Positions 54,816 to 64,000 of a DNA stretch of 64,000 nt are shown piece by piece; the first letter of the stretch is position 1, and every line of letters begins with the position of its first letter. Source of the DNA: Dehalococcoidia bacterium (GTDB lineage Bacteria; Chloroflexota; Dehalococcoidia; Lucifugimonadales; GCA-2712585); contig CBDBNU010000003.1 of the NCBI GenBank assembly GCA_965207845.1, forward strand, positions 956,480-1,020,479. Reading direction: 5' to 3'. The notes beneath the pieces were generated by a model, which saw only the letters and a list, made by a program, of their open reading frames with translations, was not told the DNA's origin and ran no database searches. Both the position numbers and the translations under genes were made by a program.

Positions 54816-56726
54816 GTGAAACCTCTAGTTCGCAATAGGAGTCCCCTAATCCTGGCCGCACTTGCCCTGCTTTCCCTGGTTGCGATCTTGATCGTAGCCT
54901 GCGGAGATGACGCCACGCCAACGCCCGTGGCGGGACCGTCGACGGCCTCAGCCCCGACGCAAGCCCCCGCCCCGGCAGCACCGCAGCCGACGGCGGCACC
55001 GGCTCAGGCGCCTCAGGCAACAGCCCGACCGGCGCCAACGCCAGCTGCGACTCAGAGGCCCGCCGCCACCTCTGCTGCAACGCAGGCCGCCACGGCTACC
55101 GCTGCCCCGGCAGCTGCTGCAACCGTCGCGCCCACCGCGGCGCCAACGGCCTTGCCTACAGCCGCTCCGGCGACACCTGCCGTGATGGTGCCCGTGTCTT
55201 CGAGGATTGTGGTGGCTGCTCCCGCGTTGACCTGGTACACCACCCTGCCTCACAAGGGAGGATTCTCGGGGTCTGGTCAGATTCGCCCGGCCTTCGAATA
55301 CCCCATCGGCTCCGATCGCTACACCGGTGTGGAAGAACCGCAGCTGTTTCGCGAGTGGGTGATGGCCCCCGACGGGATGGGCTGGACATTCAACCTGCAG
55401 GAAGGGGTGCCCTTCCATTCCACGGACACCTTTACCGGGCCTGAATTCACCTCCAAGGACTTCGTTCACAGCTGGATGAAGTACGTCGCGCCGGATGCCC
55501 AGGTCGTCGGTTCCGGCCTGTTTGCTATTTGGGCCAATAGCGAGGACAACTTCGATATCGTCGACGACTACGAAGTCAAGATGACCCTGAACGTGCCCAA
55601 CCCGGTGCTTGCTGTGTGGCTCGGAGAGATTTCCTTCCTCGTGCAGAGCAAGGACTACTATGATGCCGTGGGCGAAGAGGGCTACGCCGCCCACCCCATC
55701 GGCACCGGTCCCTTCCGGTACCTGGAGCACTCCATTAACAGCCACTTCCAGTATGAGCGGGTGGAGAACCATTGGCGCAAGACTCCGGAGATTCAGGAGC
55801 TTCGGTTCATCGGCGTTCAGGAAACGGCCACCCGCATGGCTATGCTATTCAACCAGGAAGTTCAGCTGGCTTCCATTTCCCCCAACCTGGTGCCCACCGT
55901 GCGTGACAGGGGCTTCCAGATAAACTACAGCACACTGCCGGGCAACTGGCTGGAAGTGCAGTTTGGCGGTCAATACTACGCCGTGCCCGAGGGAGTCGAA
56001 CCCAAGCTGGACGAATCGGACCCATTGACGAATCTCAACGTCCGCAAGGCCCTGAACTATGCCATCAATCGGGAAGCGATTAACGATTCATTCTACGAAG
56101 GGCAGATGGTACCCCAGACTATCTCCGACATTCCGCCCAACGCGCGGGGGTTCCAGGATTCGTGGACTCCCTACCCGTACGACCCCGACGAAGCCAGGCG
56201 GCTGCTCGCAGAAGCGGGCTACGCCGACGGTTTTGACCTGGCCGTTCGCTGGGGCCTGAATCCCTCCATCCCGGAGATTGGAGACATTGCGGAGGCCATC
56301 ACTGCCTACTGGAACGAAGTGGGCGTCCGCGCCAACCTGGAGTTCGTAGAGTCGTCGAGATTCAGGAATTTGCGCCGAAACTGGGGCATGAACCAGGCCG
56401 TCGCCATCGCTGGCATCGGCTACATCAACCTGGAGTTCCAGCTGCCCCTGAACATGAAGCTGCAGGCCTCCAGCGAGCACTGGTTCGATCACCCCGAGTT
56501 GAGCGTGTTGGTGGACATGTTCGCGGAAGAGCTGGACCCCAACAGGCGTGAACAGCTGGTGACTGAGATTGGCCAGTTCCTCTACGACAACCATGCCACG
56601 GGGCCGATGTTCTGGATACTGCCCGTAATGGGGATGGACCACAGCATCATCGAGGAGTATTCCGCCCACATTTCCGTGTGGGGCCCAACGGCCAAGTACG
56701 AGTACGCCACCCTCGTCAAGCAATAG
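54816..56726 (+). CDS. ABC-transporter substrate-binding lipoprotein, family 5
   Basis: GTG start after GGAGG. Lipobox (IVAC) and an Ala/Pro/Thr-rich linker. SBP_bac_5-like core (..FHSTDTFTGPEFTSKDFVHSW..). Confidence 0.8.
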   Translation: MKPLVRNRSPLILAALALLSLVAILIVACGDDATPTPVAGPSTASAPTQAPAPAAPQPTAAPAQAPQATARPAPTPAATQRPAATSAATQAATATAAPAAAATVAPTAAPTALPTAAPATPAVMVPVSSRIVVAAPALTWYTTLPHKGGFSGSGQIRPAFEYPIGSDRYTGVEEPQLFREWVMAPDGMGWTFNLQEGVPFHSTDTFTGPEFTSKDFVHSWMKYVAPDAQVVGSGLFAIWANSEDNFDIVDDYEVKMTLNVPNPVLAVWLGEISFLVQSKDYYDAVGEEGYAAHPIGTGPFRYLEHSINSHFQYERVENHWRKTPEIQELRFIGVQETATRMAMLFNQEVQLASISPNLVPTVRDRGFQINYSTLPGNWLEVQFGGQYYAVPEGVEPKLDESDPLTNLNVRKALNYAINREAINDSFYEGQMVPQTISDIPPNARGFQDSWTPYPYDPDEARRLLAEAGYADGFDLAVRWGLNPSIPEIGDIAEAITAYWNEVGVRANLEFVESSRFRNLRRNWGMNQAVAIAGIGYINLEFQLPLNMKLQASSEHWFDHPELSVLVDMFAEELDPNRREQLVTEIGQFLYDNHATGPMFWILPVMGMDHSIIEEYSAHISVWGPTAKYEYATLVKQ

Positions 56727-56944
56727 GGCCTGCAACTCCAGCCGTTAGCAAAGCAAATCCGTAGGCGTCTTGGCAGGTGCCAATCTAGGCGCCTGCGGAT
56801 TTGCTTGCTCCAAGCATCAGGCATGCGACGTTCTAAGAACCGCCTTTCCCGCGGGTTCCAAATGGGGTTTGCGTGTATGTTGTGGCATTCTGAATTTGAG
56901 GGGAGTAGAATCGGCGACATGCGTGAGAGCGGCGCTCCAAGACG

Positions 56945-58243
56945 GTGAGAGACGACACATTCCGATCCCGACTGTTGGGGGCGCTTCATTATGCGGAATA
57001 CCGCCGTCTATGGTTCGCCACGGCGTTTTCGCAGTCGTCGGCGTGGGCGCTGATTGTTGCACGGGCGGCCCTTGCACTGAACGAAACGGGTTCTTCCAGC
57101 GCGGCAGGAATAGTTACATTCGCGGCGATGATGCCCTCCGTGGTGATGTCCCCAATAGCGGGCTATCTGGCGGATCGATTTGACCGTCGGAAGGTTCTGG
57201 CCGCAGCCTACTCGGTAAATCTGGCCCAGAACCTGATACTGGCCATGCTGGTGATTACGGGGAACATCGAGTTCTGGCATCTTGTCATACTCTCTACGGT
57301 GAACGGGTTTGCGAGGGCAACCCAGATGCCGGCTGCGCAGGCGCTGCTGCCGAATCTTGTGCCAAAGAGAATACTGGTGAATGCGGTGGCGTTCCACCAC
57401 GCCACCCTGCAGGCGAGCAAGCTGACCGGGCCGCTTTTCATCCTTCCGGTGGTGCTGATGGGCTATGGCGACTGGGCTTTCGTCATATCCCTGGCGCTTT
57501 ACGTGGTTGGGTTCTTCCTGATAATGCAGATTCGGACGGTGTCGAGGGGGGTGGTGGACCGGAGCAGAAGCGCGGTGGGCAACCTGGCGCAAGGTTTGAC
57601 CTTTGTTTACCACCACAAACTGCTGCTGCCTCTCTTTCTGATGGTGATTTTCCACTGTGCATTGACAATGTCCTATGAGACGCTATTCCCTGTTCTATCC
57701 AGGGACAATCTGGGCATGCAAGAGGGATCGGAGTTGTACAAAGGGGGGAACCTGCTGATGATTGGGGTTGGGGCAGGCTCACTGTTGTCGTCCTTCGGAA
57801 TTGCAGGGTTGGGCAGTGAGGTGGTGCGGGGGCGGACTCTGCTTGTGCTGGGGGTGCTGAGCGGGCTTACGCCGGTGTTGATGGGCCTTTCCACCAACCT
57901 GACCATGGCCGTGCTTGCAGCGGCGGGGGTGGGGTTCTCGCAGGCGGGCTATATGACGCTTTCCAGCGCGATGGTGCAGCAGATTGTGCCGGACGAGATT
58001 CGGGGAAGGGTTATGGCGGTGTACAGCTGGCACATACAGGGGGCGATGGCCAGCTTCAACCTGGTGAACGGGATCCTGGCGGACACTACGTGGCTGAACG
58101 CCACGCGGGTGCTGGGCATATTCGGATCGGTGTTTACGGGGATGATGGCGATCAGCGTGCTGAACGGGCCGCTGAGGGGCTTGTACAATCGAGGCATCAG
58201 GACTCGTTCCGCCGTGAAGGAGATGGCGGGACGCCCAGCATAG
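56945..58243 (+). CDS. MFS transporter (EntS/MFS_3-like)
   Basis: ..YRRLWFATAFSQSSAWA.. N-terminus and 12 TM pattern. GTG start. Confidence 0.8.
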   Translation: MRDDTFRSRLLGALHYAEYRRLWFATAFSQSSAWALIVARAALALNETGSSSAAGIVTFAAMMPSVVMSPIAGYLADRFDRRKVLAAAYSVNLAQNLILAMLVITGNIEFWHLVILSTVNGFARATQMPAAQALLPNLVPKRILVNAVAFHHATLQASKLTGPLFILPVVLMGYGDWAFVISLALYVVGFFLIMQIRTVSRGVVDRSRSAVGNLAQGLTFVYHHKLLLPLFLMVIFHCALTMSYETLFPVLSRDNLGMQEGSELYKGGNLLMIGVGAGSLLSSFGIAGLGSEVVRGRTLLVLGVLSGLTPVLMGLSTNLTMAVLAAAGVGFSQAGYMTLSSAMVQQIVPDEIRGRVMAVYSWHIQGAMASFNLVNGILADTTWLNATRVLGIFGSVFTGMMAISVLNGPLRGLYNRGIRTRSAVKEMAGRPA

Positions 58244-58264
58244 AATGAATTGGGGGGAGAAGCT

Positions 58265-59500
58265 ATGGTGCAGACTATCATCCGCGCAGAGAGGGTAATC
58301 GACGGTTTCGGCGGGCCTCCGCATAGGGACGTGGCCGTTGTGGTGAAGGGAAATAGGATTGTGAAGGTGTGTCCGGCGGAGCAGCTCGGCGACGGAGTGG
58401 ACCCTGCGGGAACGCTTCACTTTCCCGGGGCGACGTTGCTGCCGGGTTTGATTGACGTTCACACGCACACGAACATGGCGGGGAGAGGGCGCAGCGGGGA
58501 GGAGGCAATCGCCGACGGGGACGATCTGATGCTGCTACGGTCCGCCCGCAATGCACGCATCGCGCTGCGGAGCGGGGTGACGACGATGTGCGACAACGGA
58601 GCGTGGCACAACACGGGGTTATCGTTGAAGCGCGGCATCGAGGAGGGGGAGGTCTCAGGGCCTACACTGCTGGCCTGTGGGCGACCGGTAACGGTGACGG
58701 GGGGACACCTGTGGTTCATGGGCGGCGAGGCCGACGGGGTGGACGGGGTGCGGACGGCTACGCGGCAGCTTATGAAGGAGGGGGCGGACTTCATCAAGGT
58801 AATTGCGACGGGGGGCAGCACGCTCACCAGCTATCCGTTCCGTCCGGCGTTCGGAGTGGACGAGTTGAGGGCGATTGTGGCTGAAGCGCACAACCAGGGT
58901 CGGTTCGTGGGGGCGCACTGTCGCTCCAACCAGGGTATGAGTAACGTGCTGGAGGCGGGACTGGACGCAATTTACCACGCATTCTTCACGGACGAGGAGG
59001 GAATCGCCAGTTACGACGGGGACATCGTCGAGCGAATAGTTCAGCAGGGGGTGTGGGTGAATCCGACGATGCACATCGGTCGGAGCGCTATATGGGCGTT
59101 GGAGGCCAAACGGGACGGAGAGGGGTTGACGTCGGAAGAAGAGGCGAAGCTTTCGGCGGGGTATGAGCATCGGAAGGTAAGGGTGGATCAGGTTGCTAGG
59201 ATGGTGGATGCGGGGGTGCGGCTGATTGCCGGGTCGGATTGCGGCTGGGGGAGCTATCCCTTCGGCCAGCTTCATTATGAGTTGGACTGCATGGTTCAGG
59301 GCGGTTTAGCGCCGATGCAGGCGATTCTTTCGGCGACGAGCCATGCGGCGGAAGCGCTGGGCATCGGCGACGGGGTGGGGACGTTGGCGTCGGGAAAGAG
59401 GGCGGACCTGCTGGTGGTGGAGGGGGACCCGTCGGAAGACATTCTTGATTTGATGAAAGTGCAGTCGGTGTTTAAGGGCGGGGAGCGGGTGGAGGCGTAG
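58265..59500 (+). CDS. amidohydrolase-1 family metallohydrolase
   Basis: ..GATLLPGLIDVHTHT.., ..GADFIKV.. and ..GSDCG.. motifs. The ATG follows GGGGGGAGA. Confidence 0.85.
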   Translation: MVQTIIRAERVIDGFGGPPHRDVAVVVKGNRIVKVCPAEQLGDGVDPAGTLHFPGATLLPGLIDVHTHTNMAGRGRSGEEAIADGDDLMLLRSARNARIALRSGVTTMCDNGAWHNTGLSLKRGIEEGEVSGPTLLACGRPVTVTGGHLWFMGGEADGVDGVRTATRQLMKEGADFIKVIATGGSTLTSYPFRPAFGVDELRAIVAEAHNQGRFVGAHCRSNQGMSNVLEAGLDAIYHAFFTDEEGIASYDGDIVERIVQQGVWVNPTMHIGRSAIWALEAKRDGEGLTSEEEAKLSAGYEHRKVRVDQVARMVDAGVRLIAGSDCGWGSYPFGQLHYELDCMVQGGLAPMQAILSATSHAAEALGIGDGVGTLASGKRADLLVVEGDPSEDILDLMKVQSVFKGGERVEA

Positions 59501-60162
59501 CTGTCGGAGTGGACGTTGGTGAGAGTTACTCAGGGAGGGTGCCAGTTTAGGGGGCTACCCCGTACCGTTGGGAGGAGATTCGGCGATGTCCTCGCCGCGG
59601 GCTAGGGCGTCCTTCCAGCATGCGTACCAGTCTTCCAAAGCTTGTTGATTTTCGTCGCGGCCTTCCGCCAGGAGCTTCTTGCGAAGCGTCTTGGTCACCC
59701 ATCTCTGGAAAGAGTGAGCCATTCACATAGCGCATATCGCCATTTCGGCAAAGCCGAATGACAGACCCGTGGAAGCAGTAACCATGCAGCCGAGCCGACG
59801 AGCATTCCAAATGACGCTTCATTTGTGCAGTTATACTGAACGATTTCTCTTGCGCCGTTGATTGTCGCTCCAATAACCAGCAGGGCGACGTAAAATCGGA
59901 ATTGCCTATGCCTGGAGACGGGGACCGGGGCCCAGATGAAATCTCCCTGTGGACTTACTGTAGATTAGTTTTCTCTAAGGGGTCTGTACGATTCAGCGAC
60001 AAAAGTCTCCCTCTGTATTGGTCGCCAGCGGAGCTGTCGCGGTTGGAATGCAGAATAATACTAGATATGTCGAGGTGCATGGTAAGCAGGTGTGGAGAAA
60101 TAGTTGCGTGGTGACAGCGGTTCCCTGTTGGGATATGATGGTCGAAAATCAGGAAGGATGCC

Positions 60163-60378
60163 ATGACTCTTCCCGTCATTTACACCATTCAGTTCTGCCC
60201 CGCCTGCGATAAGCTTCGTGAGACCTGGACGGCCCAGGGCATCGAGTTTGTGGAGAAGCGGGTGGACGAGAGCCAGGAGGCACTCGACGAGGCGTTGGAG
60301 TATGGAAGCGCGGTGCCAATCATCGTCTTTCCGGACGGGCGGATTGAGGAAGGGGAGTTTGAGGGCGTCCATGGTTGA
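60163..60378 (+). CDS. glutaredoxin-like small thiol-disulfide protein
   Basis: 71 aa. VIYTIQFCPACDKL (CPxC) and ..VPIIVFPDG.. pattern. Confidence 0.7.
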   Translation: MTLPVIYTIQFCPACDKLRETWTAQGIEFVEKRVDESQEALDEALEYGSAVPIIVFPDGRIEEGEFEGVHG

Positions 60379-60420
60379 GACATCGGCTGACGGGCCGTGA
60401 GCCCGTATAGGAGGCAGGCA

Positions 60421-61008
60421 ATGACAGGCAAGACGACGGTAGTGACATCGCAGAGGTATGCGCAGGGGCTTTCCTACGAGGAGTACCTTTCGCAGATAAA
60501 GGTGAACAAGCTGCGTTTTCAGCAGTATTACGATGAGTTCGAACCGGAAGAGGGGGAGGTTGAGCGATTCAGGAGCCTTACGCGACGGGAGGCAGGGCCG
60601 ACGAAGGTGGTGGCGATCGGGGAAGACTGGTGTCCCGACGTGTACCGGGGACTGCCGACAATGGCGAAGCTGGCGGACAGCGCGGGGGTGGAGGTGCGGG
60701 TGTTTCCGCGGGACTCGAACGTGGACGTGATGAACGAGTTTCTGAAGGAAGGGAAGTACATGTCCATTCCCGTCTTCGTGTTCTACACGGATGAGTTGGG
60801 GTACATCTGCCACTGGATTGAGCGTCCGGCGAAGGCGGACCGGGAGTCGGAGGCGATAGAGTCGGAGATTCGGGAGGAGAACCCAGGGATGGACGACAGA
60901 CAGTTCGGAATTGAGCGTCGGAAGAGGGTTAGCAGGCGATTTCCGGCGTGGCAGCAGGAGACTGTCCGGGAGATTAACGAGATACTGGAGCAGGCGGTGG
61001 GTGGTTAG
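60421..61008 (+). CDS. thioredoxin-fold family protein (WCPD motif)
   Basis: ..VVAIGEDWCPDV.. motif. The ATG is 6 nt after AGGAGG. The track ORF starts earlier at 60397. Confidence 0.65.
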   Translation: MTGKTTVVTSQRYAQGLSYEEYLSQIKVNKLRFQQYYDEFEPEEGEVERFRSLTRREAGPTKVVAIGEDWCPDVYRGLPTMAKLADSAGVEVRVFPRDSNVDVMNEFLKEGKYMSIPVFVFYTDELGYICHWIERPAKADRESEAIESEIREENPGMDDRQFGIERRKRVSRRFPAWQQETVREINEILEQAVGG

Positions 61009-61077
61009 GGCGGGGGCGTCTGGATTTCAGCCTTCGCCGGAAAGACGATAGAGGGGCCGGAGTGACGTCCGTGGAGA

Positions 61078-61097
61078 GGGCGGTTCGTGAACCGCCC
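61078..61097. repeat. REP-like palindrome GGGCGGTTCGTGAACCGCCC
   Basis: One-nt variant of 25223..25242, located in an intergenic position. Confidence 0.75.
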
Positions 61098-61195
61098 CTA
61101 CATGGGATATGCGAGCGGTCGGAGAGACAAAAGAGACGTTGAAATAGACAGTTCTTGGGGACCAGCACAAGCGCAACAAGGGGAGGGAAAGAAAA

Positions 61196-61576
61196 ATGAA
61201 GTTTGGCATGAACCATATTCACATCAAGGCGGAGGACCCGAGGAGCACGGCCCCGTGGTACGTGGACACGTTCGGGGCGAAGATAGATGCAGAGGCGGAG
61301 ATGGGCGGAACGTTGACGGTCCGCACGGACCTGGGAGGCGTGCGGGTGAACATAACGCAGGCCTCGGCGGAGAGCCTGCCGGCGGGTTCGTCGGACCCTC
61401 ACATGGGGCTGGAGCACTTCGGCATCGAGACGGACGACATAGACGCGGCGATGTCGGAGTTAGAGGGGAAGGGGGTGAAGGTGTTGGAGGGTATACGCCC
61501 GTTGCCGAACGGGATGCGGATCGCCTTTGTGGAAGCGCCGGACAACGTTCGGGTGGAGATAATGCAGCTTCCCTAG
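61196..61576 (+). CDS. VOC (glyoxalase/bleomycin-resistance/dioxygenase) family protein
   Basis: 126 aa. ..MNHIHIKAED.. and ..GLEHFGIETDD.. paired beta-alpha-beta-beta-beta pattern. Confidence 0.75.
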   Translation: MKFGMNHIHIKAEDPRSTAPWYVDTFGAKIDAEAEMGGTLTVRTDLGGVRVNITQASAESLPAGSSDPHMGLEHFGIETDDIDAAMSELEGKGVKVLEGIRPLPNGMRIAFVEAPDNVRVEIMQLP

Positions 61577-61656
61577 TTTAGGGAGGTGTAGTCAAGATAG
61601 GAGCGGAGTTGGTGAACTGCCTGCCGACCCCTGCTACGACGGAGAACTTGTGAGGC

Positions 61657-63522
61657 ATGGGTAGACTCTGGTTGGTGACGCTGTCGGCGGTGGGGCTTGT
61701 TTTGGTTGGGCTGCTTTCTGGCTGCGACGATAAGCCGCCAACTCCCGTTGCTACGCCGACGCCAACCCCACCACCGATGGCCGCGTTAACGGCGAGTCCC
61801 ACACCTACCCCGGCTCCGACGAAGACCCAAACACCGATGGCCCCGCTTACGGCTGTACCCACATCTACCGCGGAGGCGCGGCCGACTGCTAGCGCAACTC
61901 CCACATCTACGCCGGAGCCAACCCCGACGCTTGCGCCAACTTCCACTCCTATAGCCGAGCAGGCTCCTGAACCGGCTCCAATGCCTACTCTCCGTCCTAC
62001 GCCAACATTGATACCTATTGATTCACCCAGCTCACGCGAAAAGGCTGCCGCAAGTCTGGCTGAGTTACTTTCATGGTTTGAGGACCCGGGGGATAGGGCT
62101 GAAAGCGACGCAATAGAATCGCTGATTGACCTGTGGCTTATGGACGTCGAACTGGCGGAGCGGGTTGCCGCGTTCAATTGGGTCGCTAATGGGGTGAATT
62201 CGACGGAGAGCGATGCTCTAGAAAGTTTGCTGTGGTTGGTTGCTGCCTATCCAGATCTATCCGACGAGGTCATGACATGGCCTTGGATCGAGGACGGTGT
62301 GACCGAGTCTGAAGAATATGACCTTGAACGATTGACCATAATTGCATCTGAGGATATGGAGATTGCCAGGCACTTGTTGGCACTTGACTGGATAACCGAC
62401 ACCATAACTCTAAATGAGGAGATCGCCTTGAACGCACTTTCCCGCATTGCTTCTTACGACATACGGATTGTCAGAGAGTTGGTATACCTACCCTGGTTTA
62501 CCGACAACGACATGACAACAACCGAAGGCAATGTTCTGAACGGACTGCACCGAGCTATTCCCAATAGAAATAGAATTGGGTTAGTCAAGGAGTTGGCAGC
62601 TCTTCTGTGGATTAGAGACGATGTGACGAATGAGGAGGGCAGCGCATTTGGCCCACTCTCCACCATTGTTTCTCGATTAGCCTCTCAAGACTTGGAATTA
62701 GCCAGGAGGTTGGCGGCATACTCGTGGATAGCGGACGGAGTGACAGAAGAAGAGGTCATTGCGTTAAAGGCCCTAGCAACTGTGTCCAGTCGAGACGTGG
62801 AGTTGGCTGTGGAGGTGGCAAGTTTTGACTGGTTCGTTGACGGTGTGACAGAGGCTGAGAGTGTTGTCATGGATAGCTTCGCGGATTCAGATTCGCGAGA
62901 TAACGGGTTGATAAACCGGATCATCACGCTTGGATGGGTCGACGATGCCATGACATCAGATGAGGAGACTGCCTTGAACGCACTTTCCTACATTGCTTTG
63001 AGCGACATACAGCTTGCCGGAGAGTTGGTAGACCTACCCTGGTTCATCGACAATGAAATTACAGTAGCTGAGAGTAACGTTCTGAACGGATTGCGCAGAG
63101 TTATTCCCGGTACTGGATATATAGCGTTAGCCAAGGTGTTGGCAGCTCTCCCGTGGATAAGAGACGACGTAACGAATGAGGAGGGCGGTGCCTTTGAGTC
63201 ACTTGCTTATGTTATTGCTAGCTTTACTTATCAAGACTTGGAGTTGGCCAGGGGGTTGGCAACTTACTGGTGGATTGCAGACGGAGTGACCGAAGAGGAG
63301 GTCACTGCGTTACAGGCACTAGAAGAGGTGGTCAGTCGAGACGTTGAGTTAGCAGTGGAGGTGGCAAGTCTTGACTGGTTCGTTGATGGTGTGACAGAGG
63401 CTGAGAGTGTTGTCTTGGACAGCTTTGCAGCTTCAGATTCGCGTGATATCGAGATAATGAACAGGGCATTGCACTCCGGTGTTTCGGCGACTAGCTCACA
63501 AGTAGTGAAATCGTTGTCGTGA
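61657..63522 (+). CDS. hypothetical lipoprotein: PT-rich linker plus array of about 45-aa W(I/F).D(G/D)(V/M)T..E repeats
   Basis: Lipobox LLSGC, about 120-aa PT linker, then repeated helical units such as LA..W(I/V).DGVTE.E..AL..L. Confidence 0.6.
   Translation: MGRLWLVTLSAVGLVLVGLLSGCDDKPPTPVATPTPTPPPMAALTASPTPTPAPTKTQTPMAPLTAVPTSTAEARPTASATPTSTPEPTPTLAPTSTPIAEQAPEPAPMPTLRPTPTLIPIDSPSSREKAAASLAELLSWFEDPGDRAESDAIESLIDLWLMDVELAERVAAFNWVANGVNSTESDALESLLWLVAAYPDLSDEVMTWPWIEDGVTESEEYDLERLTIIASEDMEIARHLLALDWITDTITLNEEIALNALSRIASYDIRIVRELVYLPWFTDNDMTTTEGNVLNGLHRAIPNRNRIGLVKELAALLWIRDDVTNEEGSAFGPLSTIVSRLASQDLELARRLAAYSWIADGVTEEEVIALKALATVSSRDVELAVEVASFDWFVDGVTEAESVVMDSFADSDSRDNGLINRIITLGWVDDAMTSDEETALNALSYIALSDIQLAGELVDLPWFIDNEITVAESNVLNGLRRVIPGTGYIALAKVLAALPWIRDDVTNEEGGAFESLAYVIASFTYQDLELARGLATYWWIADGVTEEEVTALQALEEVVSRDVELAVEVASLDWFVDGVTEAESVVLDSFAASDSRDIEIMNRALHSGVSATSSQVVKSLS
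62425..63446 (+). repeat. intragenic tandem duplication, period 546 bp (182 aa)
   Basis: GCCTTGAACGCACTTTCC.. at 62425 recurs at 62971. About 476 nt of each copy align, at an estimated 80% identity by eye. Confidence 0.75.
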
Positions 63523-63626
63523 GGCGCCGATTAAGCATTGCGGTCAAGGACTCAGAGCTGATTGCCGTGCTTCGCGGATTCGAAGAATCTCCGCCGATTG
63601 TGTGAATGCTTACACGAGGATATTGC

Positions 63627-64000
63627 ATGAGTAGATTCTGGTTGGTGACGCTGTCGGTGGTGGGGATTGTTTCGATTGGGCTGCTTTCGGGCTGCCGCGA
63701 TGAGCCTGCGACACCCAATGCGGCGCCGGAAGCGACGGTCGCGCCAACCGCTGTGGTGTTACCAACTCCGACCGCGACCCCTACCTTCACGCCTACTCAA
63801 GAGCCTACAGTAGAGCAGACGCCAACTGCAACGCCGACGGCAACCGCAACGCAGACTCGTCGACCGACGCCTTCGGCTACGCCTCGTCCAACTCCCACAA
63901 CCACACCAACACCAGCGCCTACGCCGAGACCTACTCCCTCTGTGACGCGTACCCCTCGACCGACACCTACGGCGACGCCCAGACCAACCCCGAGGCCACG
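63627..64000 (+). CDS. paralogous lipoprotein, 5' part (runs off the window)
   Basis: MSRFWLVTLSVVGIVSIGLLSGC.. parallels MGRLWLVTLSAVGLVLVGLLSGC.. of the previous gene. It is followed by a PT-rich linker and is open to the window end. Confidence 0.6.
   Translation, partial: MSRFWLVTLSVVGIVSIGLLSGCRDEPATPNAAPEATVAPTAVVLPTPTATPTFTPTQEPTVEQTPTATPTATATQTRRPTPSATPRPTPTTTPTPAPTPRPTPSVTRTPRPTPTATPRPTPRP

Noticed and set aside
60376-60406. TGA ending the glutaredoxin-like gene followed by a hairpin (60390..60406), as a second selenocysteine candidate.
   Set aside because: A second in-frame TGA follows 12 nt later. The protein is already full length with its CPxC motif, so the hairpin is more likely an intercistronic or terminator structure.

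Overview
High-GC (by eye about 60%) bacterial chromosomal window with about 55 supportable genes. All calls rest on motif and family recognition from the translated ORFs and on reading the nucleotide sequence. No searches were run. Pro/Thr-rich lipoprotein linkers, an F420-type oxidoreductase, many amidohydrolase and CoA-transferase paralogs and GRFANRPY-type palindromic repeats suggest a Chloroflexota-like (possibly marine SAR202-like) genome, but this is inference only. Layout: (1) 1-4.1 kb: tandem amidohydrolase-2 paralogs, a split TPP decarboxylase and a small zinc-ribbon gene. (2) 4.4-10.7 kb: two paralogous SF2 helicases with zinc ribbons. One is fused in frame to an amidohydrolase-3 domain and lacks a canonical start codon; the other lies in lower-GC DNA. 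They flank a small-protein plus retropepsin-like protease pair. (3) 10.8-19 kb: an acyl-CoA catabolic cluster with a hydroxy-acid oxidase, two double-hotdog hydratases, a mu-crystallin/OCD enzyme, two family III CoA-transferases and an AsnC-like protein, interrupted by an orphan HigA. (4) 22.4-25.2 kb: an exported redoxin-SBP fusion whose reading frame has a single in-frame TGA exactly where the catalytic Cys is expected, followed by a hairpin. This is a candidate selenoprotein. (5) 25.2-35.2 kb: an accessory island with VapBC, an MmeI-like type IIG R-M gene, a low-GC 3-TM protein, a RelE pair and an NYN protein. The R-M gene is inactivated both by a 2,656-bp IS1595-type element (22-bp IRs, 8-bp TSD, passenger methyltransferase-nuclease gene) and by an in-frame TAG. 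(6) 35-64 kb: mostly housekeeping and envelope genes (Amt, SLC13, SppA, histidine kinase, MFS, two more orphan family-5 SBPs, peptidase MA, redox trio) and repeat-containing PT-rich lipoproteins. Many long antisense shadow ORFs in the track were ignored.
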